A DNA stretch of 59,491 nucleotides, the filler included, from Dimargaris cristalligena (Eukaryota), in NCBI GenBank assembly GCA_003614675.1. It is 6 parts of 6 records of this genome, joined end to end, with 100 filler letters (N's around TTAATTAATTAA, not from the genome) between each part and the next. Parts side by side here need not be neighbours in the genome. Positions count along the whole stretch, not along the records: positions 49,781 to 59,491 come from ML003228.1; 5 more parts are not named here. One strand, 5' to 3'. The notes under the pieces are model-generated. The model was given only the letters and a program-made list of their open reading frames with translations, ran no database searches and was not told where the DNA came from. The translations under genes were made by a program, and so were the position numbers. Positions 53,856 to 59,491 of the stretch are shown piece after piece; position 1 is the first letter of the stretch; each line of letters starts with the position of its first letter.

Positions 53856-56800
53856 GGGTGGTGGTATAGTCGAAATGGGGATGGGCCAAGAGCGGAAAAG
53901 TACAGTAGTTAGTTAGTTTACGGAATGCGGTGAACTTAGAAATAAACAACGGCTGAGGGATGTAGCAAACGCGGAACCCGGGCGAACTGGTGTTCTGAGA
54001 CTGCTACTGTGGTGGTAGATAAGCCAATAAAAATAAGGGTCCTTAACGATAAGAGAGAGGGGAAAACATTTAGGTTGACCAACCAACACGTAATAACCGT
54101 CGGCGGGTAAGAAGGGTGTGTCGGGATGGGTTAACTTGGATTGCATTGGGTCAGGCTGGGCTGGGCTGGGCTGGATATGTGGAAATTCTACTGATGAATA
54201 CGACCGACCCAGCGGAACCCACCAAGGTTATTGATACACGCCGAATTCAACAGAAAATAATGATGTGCGTGTGAGAGTAACCTGGGGAAAAGCTATGGCG
54301 AACGAGGATGACCACATACAATGAACCATTTAGTCGCCGGGCCATTGATGGAGAGAAGAGTGGCACAATTGATGAGAGAACGAGGTGGATATGGCGTACA
54401 GAGCCCATTCTGTAGGTACGTCTCTTTAGCTGCCGATTCGGCAAACAAGCGAGAGACTGCAGGCGAACTGCATTCAGGACTGCATCAAGAAAAAATTGGG
54501 TAATTAAAATTCCACCTCGCTTTCCCCCTTGCCCGCTAGAGGCGGCCTGGCCATTGACTTGAAGTAAAGGAGAGAGGGAAAGGCGGTATAATAATGACCA
54601 CGATTATTGCAACATGATGTAGCTGATATTATATTCAATAATACCAGAGAAGTCCGTGCGTTGTTGGGCGACTTGACCAGCTTAGCTTATATCTGTGTTA
54701 CCTACCACCACGTTCAGTATTTGGAGTAGGCTGAATTCCAGATGATGTAAGTAAGACTTCTCTCCTGGTTTTATTTTTACTGAGGATTAGCGTATCCTTG
54801 GTCTCGTTTTTGAAGAGGGCGTGGCGTGTTTCGGGAAGCGGAAACAGCCTAGAGTAATAAGCAATATACAAAAGAACAGTAGATATCAAGGAAGTTAAGG
54901 ATAGAAGTGGAAGAATTGGTGTAATCTAAGTAAGAAAGAAGCTGGGCATCAAAAATAAGCCATTGGGAAAATATAAATAGAGCAGCACCCCAGTCTCCCG
55001 TTTCAGCCCGTTTATATGCGGCCTATCCATAGTTTGATCCACCCGTAGGGTTTGGATTAACAGGGCAGGCCAGCACAACAACCGAGAAGAGAGGGTACGG
55101 TAGAACTACTAAAAGTATATGCGCATAGACTGGCTGGGGGGACTATTCGTCCGATGAGCCATAGACGTTGACAGCCCGTGACCAGTAAACTGAGGGTTGA
55201 ATAGAAGTGCCTTCGTAGGAGAGCCGAGGGGAAATTAAGTACGTACATATCGGATTTTGACGGGAATTACTTCGGAGACGAGTCCGACTCTCTAACTACC
55301 CGCGCATTCTATTTCGTTAAAGTGTGCAGATTCGACCACAGTAGTAGCCCTGTGTTAGGAGGATATACACCCCCGCTCAATAGCCAGTAGTGGTGCATGC
55401 GGATCCGCTGCTGCTTCTGGATTAAAAGAATGGTGCATAGTTCTTTCATTTTCTGTATGAATTATACAGTTGGCTACCTTCACTAACAAAGTAGACGACC
55501 TGCTTATGTTATTTGCCCCATCAAACAGCGGTATGGATGAAGGGAAGCCAGCCAAAATAGCCATATGCTCCAAATGCCATGGGCAAACGCTTCGGCATTC
55601 TCCTGAGTTCCACTCCCATTAATTCATAGGCCTTTCTCTCAGCATTTCGGTCTAAAGTCGAATTCGGAGGTATTATATGTGCCACTGTTATTTGATGGCA
55701 GTACTTCCACGGGGCCCTGCGAATCCACCATAGTATAATGTGGGAATCCCATTCAATCCACCAATGTGCCAGAGATTGGGATTGGAGTGGCTTTAAACAA
55801 TGTTACACGTCACTCTCCGTCGATGACATTCGCCACCACTTTCGGTTCTTCAGTATTCGTCTAATTGATCTTGCAATTCTCCCCCTCCCTTTTTTTTCAC
55901 CCCCCTCCCAAATTCCTCTAGAACCCGCTCTTCTTTTATTGCTGGGGCTAGAATCCACTGCAATGCACCTCTTAGGCGAGACATACCTCATTGATCTACA
56001 TTTCCTTCACAAAATTATGAGCCTTGGGATCATCGTCAGCCATTCACGATACATGTATGTCTGTGGAAGTGTGCCAACCAATTCGAATACCCATGCCCCC
56101 CATTCTTCTCGACTACACGCCCTCATATTGCCCCATAGATCAGTTAATGACAAGCAAAACGCTAAGTTCTGGTACATCAATTCGGCCACGGACATCGTCA
56201 TGCATTGAGAATTCCCGTACCCTACAGATATGGCAGGGCATTAACATTGAAAGGAACGTCTCTCCCCCCCCCCTCACCACCATTCCTCCCAGCCACTTAC
56301 CATCGCGTAGTTGGCGGATAGGTCATTTGTTTAGGTCAGGCGTTATATATTATTCAACCTGGCCAAATATTCCCAACGGATCCACCCCTCCAAAAACGCT
56401 CATATTAATCTTCCCGAGTGGTTAACTGTGGAATACGAGCCCGCATTTCGGTGTACAGTGGACTGTGGCCCACCGGCGATCCTTTACTTGCAAATGACTA
56501 CCTTCCCCCCCCCCCTATCCAGAGGGGGTTCTTAGCCAGAATACGGCAAATACCCAATGTATCTGGCGGCTGGGTTAAGCAGGTTGGATAGCAACAAGCA
56601 CCAGAGTGACTTCGAGTGGGCCAAAGGGAATCAGCATCCTACTTTCTCATAACATGTGTCGCTGACGGGCCAACGGACTGTGGTGGGAGTATAATGAAAC
56701 GTCCGGACCTTGGCCAAAAGCAAATGTTGTCTAACGTCGACCCAAACAATTGTGCTACTTCCACCGACAACAAACGGTAAAGCTAGCAGATCAAGGGTCG

Positions 56801-57681
56801 TTGAAATGGAATAGCCAGTAAAGTCCTTGATAACATCCTTCCCCCAACTTCACCCGTGCTCTGTTCCCCCTGCGTATTGACCCAGTGTCTTTATGATTGG
56901 GGTTAAAGCATTTGGCATAGGGTTTCCATTCGTTTGCCATCGGTTTAGCTCGGATAATCAAAATCGCGTAGAAGCTATCCGAACGGACCAGGAGGAAGGG
57001 GTGGCTAACTATGCGACCATCGCGCCCATCTGCCTTCGGGTAAAACTCAGTCTTGGAGTAACGATTCGTTGCCCAGTCATAATTAGGGCCAACCGTGGAA
57101 CTGAGAATCACTTCGATCATACTACTGCCATTTGGCCGGATCTCACGGGACTATGAGACCCGAATATGAATAAGGTTTTGTAGCCATAATTGGTTTGTAT
57201 CCAGGACTGTCCCGATAGATCTCAAACCTTACACAACTCCATCAGGCTGTCGACTTGACGAGTGAAATTAGATAGCAATATACCGCCACCCGTGCCAGGA
57301 CCCCCCCCCCCCTGCGGTATGCAACCCAGCTGTTTAACTAGACCCTATTTGTTCTGCAGTGTTTTAAAGCCAGCGGCCTTGCCGGTTCAAACTCCCCCCC
57401 AATATCTCCATTTGCATGTACGGCAGCTGCAATCCATACATAGAGCACTCCCCCCTCTCCCCCCCAGCCTCCCTCTCAGCTGCCCAATACTTAATATAAA
57501 TTTGACCCAATTCCGCCCGATTTTTCGTTACCCTTTCCTCCTTACTTATTACCGGTCTTTACTATTACCGCCATCGATTTCATAGTTCTTTCTGTACCCC
57601 CTGATCGAACCATCCTTAAATCTATATTCATTGGTATCCACATATTCCTATACTCTAGCCCTTCCCTAATTCAGCTTCCCC

Positions 57682-58578
57682 ATGCCTCCCTTAGCTTCCC
57701 GTCCTCGTTCGCCAATCTACACTCGTATTGCTCGCAACCAGCCTTACCTTTTCTCTGAACGACTCGGACCCGCTTTACTTTCTACGTATATATTACACAA
57801 CACTTCCGCATCCTACAAACACCTAACCTCGCCGGAGCTTCGTAATATTATGAATGAAACTCAAAGCTTGATGCGCGAGTTGGAAGTCGAGTACCTAGCT
57901 CGTACTCACCTCCTTCACCCAGTTCATAGTTCACCTCCCCGGCGATACCCCCGGCCCATGTCTAGGGTCGACTCCCCGAGTCCGCGTATCCATAGTTCCC
58001 CTCGCCCGGCCATGTCCTGTGATTTCCCCCTTATCCACGTACCTCCCCCCAGCATGGGTACCCTTGTCCTTACCCCCACCCGCACTTCATCTATCCACAC
58101 ACCGTCCCTTTCGTCGGCCTCAAGCCTTTCATTTACAATTAGGCAGCCAGCGAGCTCCATCCCTTCCATATATACTCGCCTATCCCCAAGCTCGACCATA
58201 CCTAGCTCCGCTGACTTTACCGACTGGGGGGGTAACGGCTCCGTGAATAAAGGTCCGTACTGGCCCCCATCACCCAGCTCGTTAGGGGCCGCCTCCTCGG
58301 AGTTATCACTGTGGCCGCCTGGCCCATACAGAACCCAGAGTAAAGACGCCTACATTGGCACCATTCTACTCGAAAAGGACGATGCCGGCCTGTTTCGGAG
58401 TAGTAACCCCACTGCCGCATCGCTTCTGTCCGACTCCGCCAGAGAGCCTAAAGCCCCACCTCCTCCCCCTTCACCAAATGCCGAATGGCAAAGCCAACCC
58501 CCTAAACCACGAGTCCAACCCGCCAAGTGGCTATTCCGTCGAGTGAAGAAGATTTTCCGACGCCTAACCAAGACTTAG
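57682..58578 (+). CDS. Hypothetical Pro/Ser-rich protein (298 aa)
   Basis: ATG after a pyrimidine-rich leader with TATAAAT ~190 bp upstream; predicted helical N-terminal block and basic C-terminus (WLFRRVKKIFRRL); no family recognised. Confidence 0.6.
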   Translation: MPPLASRPRSPIYTRIARNQPYLFSERLGPALLSTYILHNTSASYKHLTSPELRNIMNETQSLMRELEVEYLARTHLLHPVHSSPPRRYPRPMSRVDSPSPRIHSSPRPAMSCDFPLIHVPPPSMGTLVLTPTRTSSIHTPSLSSASSLSFTIRQPASSIPSIYTRLSPSSTIPSSADFTDWGGNGSVNKGPYWPPSPSSLGAASSELSLWPPGPYRTQSKDAYIGTILLEKDDAGLFRSSNPTAASLLSDSAREPKAPPPPPSPNAEWQSQPPKPRVQPAKWLFRRVKKIFRRLTKT

Positions 58579-59344
58579 ATAGAACTGCTCACTCACATTG
58601 TCCACCCGCCCATTTGTTATTTTATTTATTGTTGATTTACTATTTAATCGATAGACGTCGAAAAAGTAATTGCTATCTTGATACACGTTGCAATTTCAAT
58701 TATTCGTATGTTTTCCCTGCACTCTCCCCCCCCCCTCGCCTTACCCCGTTTTTCAAGCCCAACTCACCATTCCTTCCCAAACCACACCATCTGTACTTCA
58801 ATTCATTCCTGACTAGTGTCGCATGCCCTCCACTGATTTCTGCGTTCCTATTGCATTTACCGTTTCGTCATTCTATCTGTAATTGGCCCTGCCTTATTGG
58901 CGAACCCTTAACCCGAAATAATTTTATAATCGTCCACTACCCACCTTTTAGTGGCTAATATGTAGTTGACATACAATGCTATTTAAAGTGAGCCTAAAAA
59001 CCAAATAAATGTATAAAAAAATGATTTAAAGTCTGGGAGGAATCCTAACACAGCATTGGCCCATATTCACATGAGTCTTCAAACATAGAAATAGGATAGG
59101 TTCAACTGGGCTGTGTATCGAAAAATTCTCTGGATGAGGCAGATATTACTAGTTATAAAAGAACCGCCTGCCGATTTTCTCATACCAATATGAATGAAAA
59201 CTTTATATAGTTGGTCCGAATTCCACACAGATTATTTCCTAAAGAGCAGCGCGACGACAACAATATCGATATAATAGCTAGACCTCGGGATAGCATACAC
59301 ATATCACCTTTAGTTGTAACATATTAGGTTCTGTCGAGCCCACT

Positions 59345-59491
59345 ATTTTTTTGCTACATATCCCTCCTACCAATGAATGTTCACCTCATACACTATATTA
59401 AACAGGGGCCAATCCGGTGGATTGTTACAGTTAGTGCACCTTTATTTATCCGTCTTTTGGCTGGCCACTAAGTCGCCACCTGAGAGTTTTT
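59345..59491 (-). repeat. Repeat family 3, right copy at the contig-6 end
   Basis: Reverse complement of 49781-49926; near-identical over the outer ~90 bp, more diverged inward. Confidence 0.88.

Overview
Eukaryotic fungal DNA, not one locus. Six ~9.7-9.9 kb contigs are joined by artificial 100-bp linkers (44 N + TTAATTAATTAA + 44 N): 1-9877, 9978-19851, 19952-29807, 29908-39749, 39850-49680 and 49781-59491. Gene style and the 5S rRNA suggest a non-Pezizomycotina, probably early-diverging (Zoopagomycota/Dimargaritales-like) fungus; this is inference. Recognisable genes: Old Yellow Enzyme (YqjM/NamA type), 5S rRNA, CBC2, two tandem secreted 5'-nucleotidases, STE50, a BIM1-like GPI protein, mitochondrial ThrRS (MST1), Ariadne RBR ligase, EXO1, an NPF-motif protein fragment and glycogenin. 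There are also three orphan secreted proteins and an LTR-truncated C2H2 zinc-finger pseudogene. Repeats: four copies of a ~585-bp TG...CA solo-LTR family (two head-to-head), two different repeat families sitting in inverted orientation at both ends of contigs 3 and 6, and a 72-74-bp hairpin array. Most notable signals: (i) repeat-restricted hypermutation of CpG and also CpA/TpG to TpA (RIP-like) in an apparently non-ascomycete fungus; (ii) gene-bearing segments bounded by inverted repeats; (iii) a shared TATAAATA-N11/12-GCCTC core promoter on the three secreted orphan genes. All alignments and splice models were made by eye.
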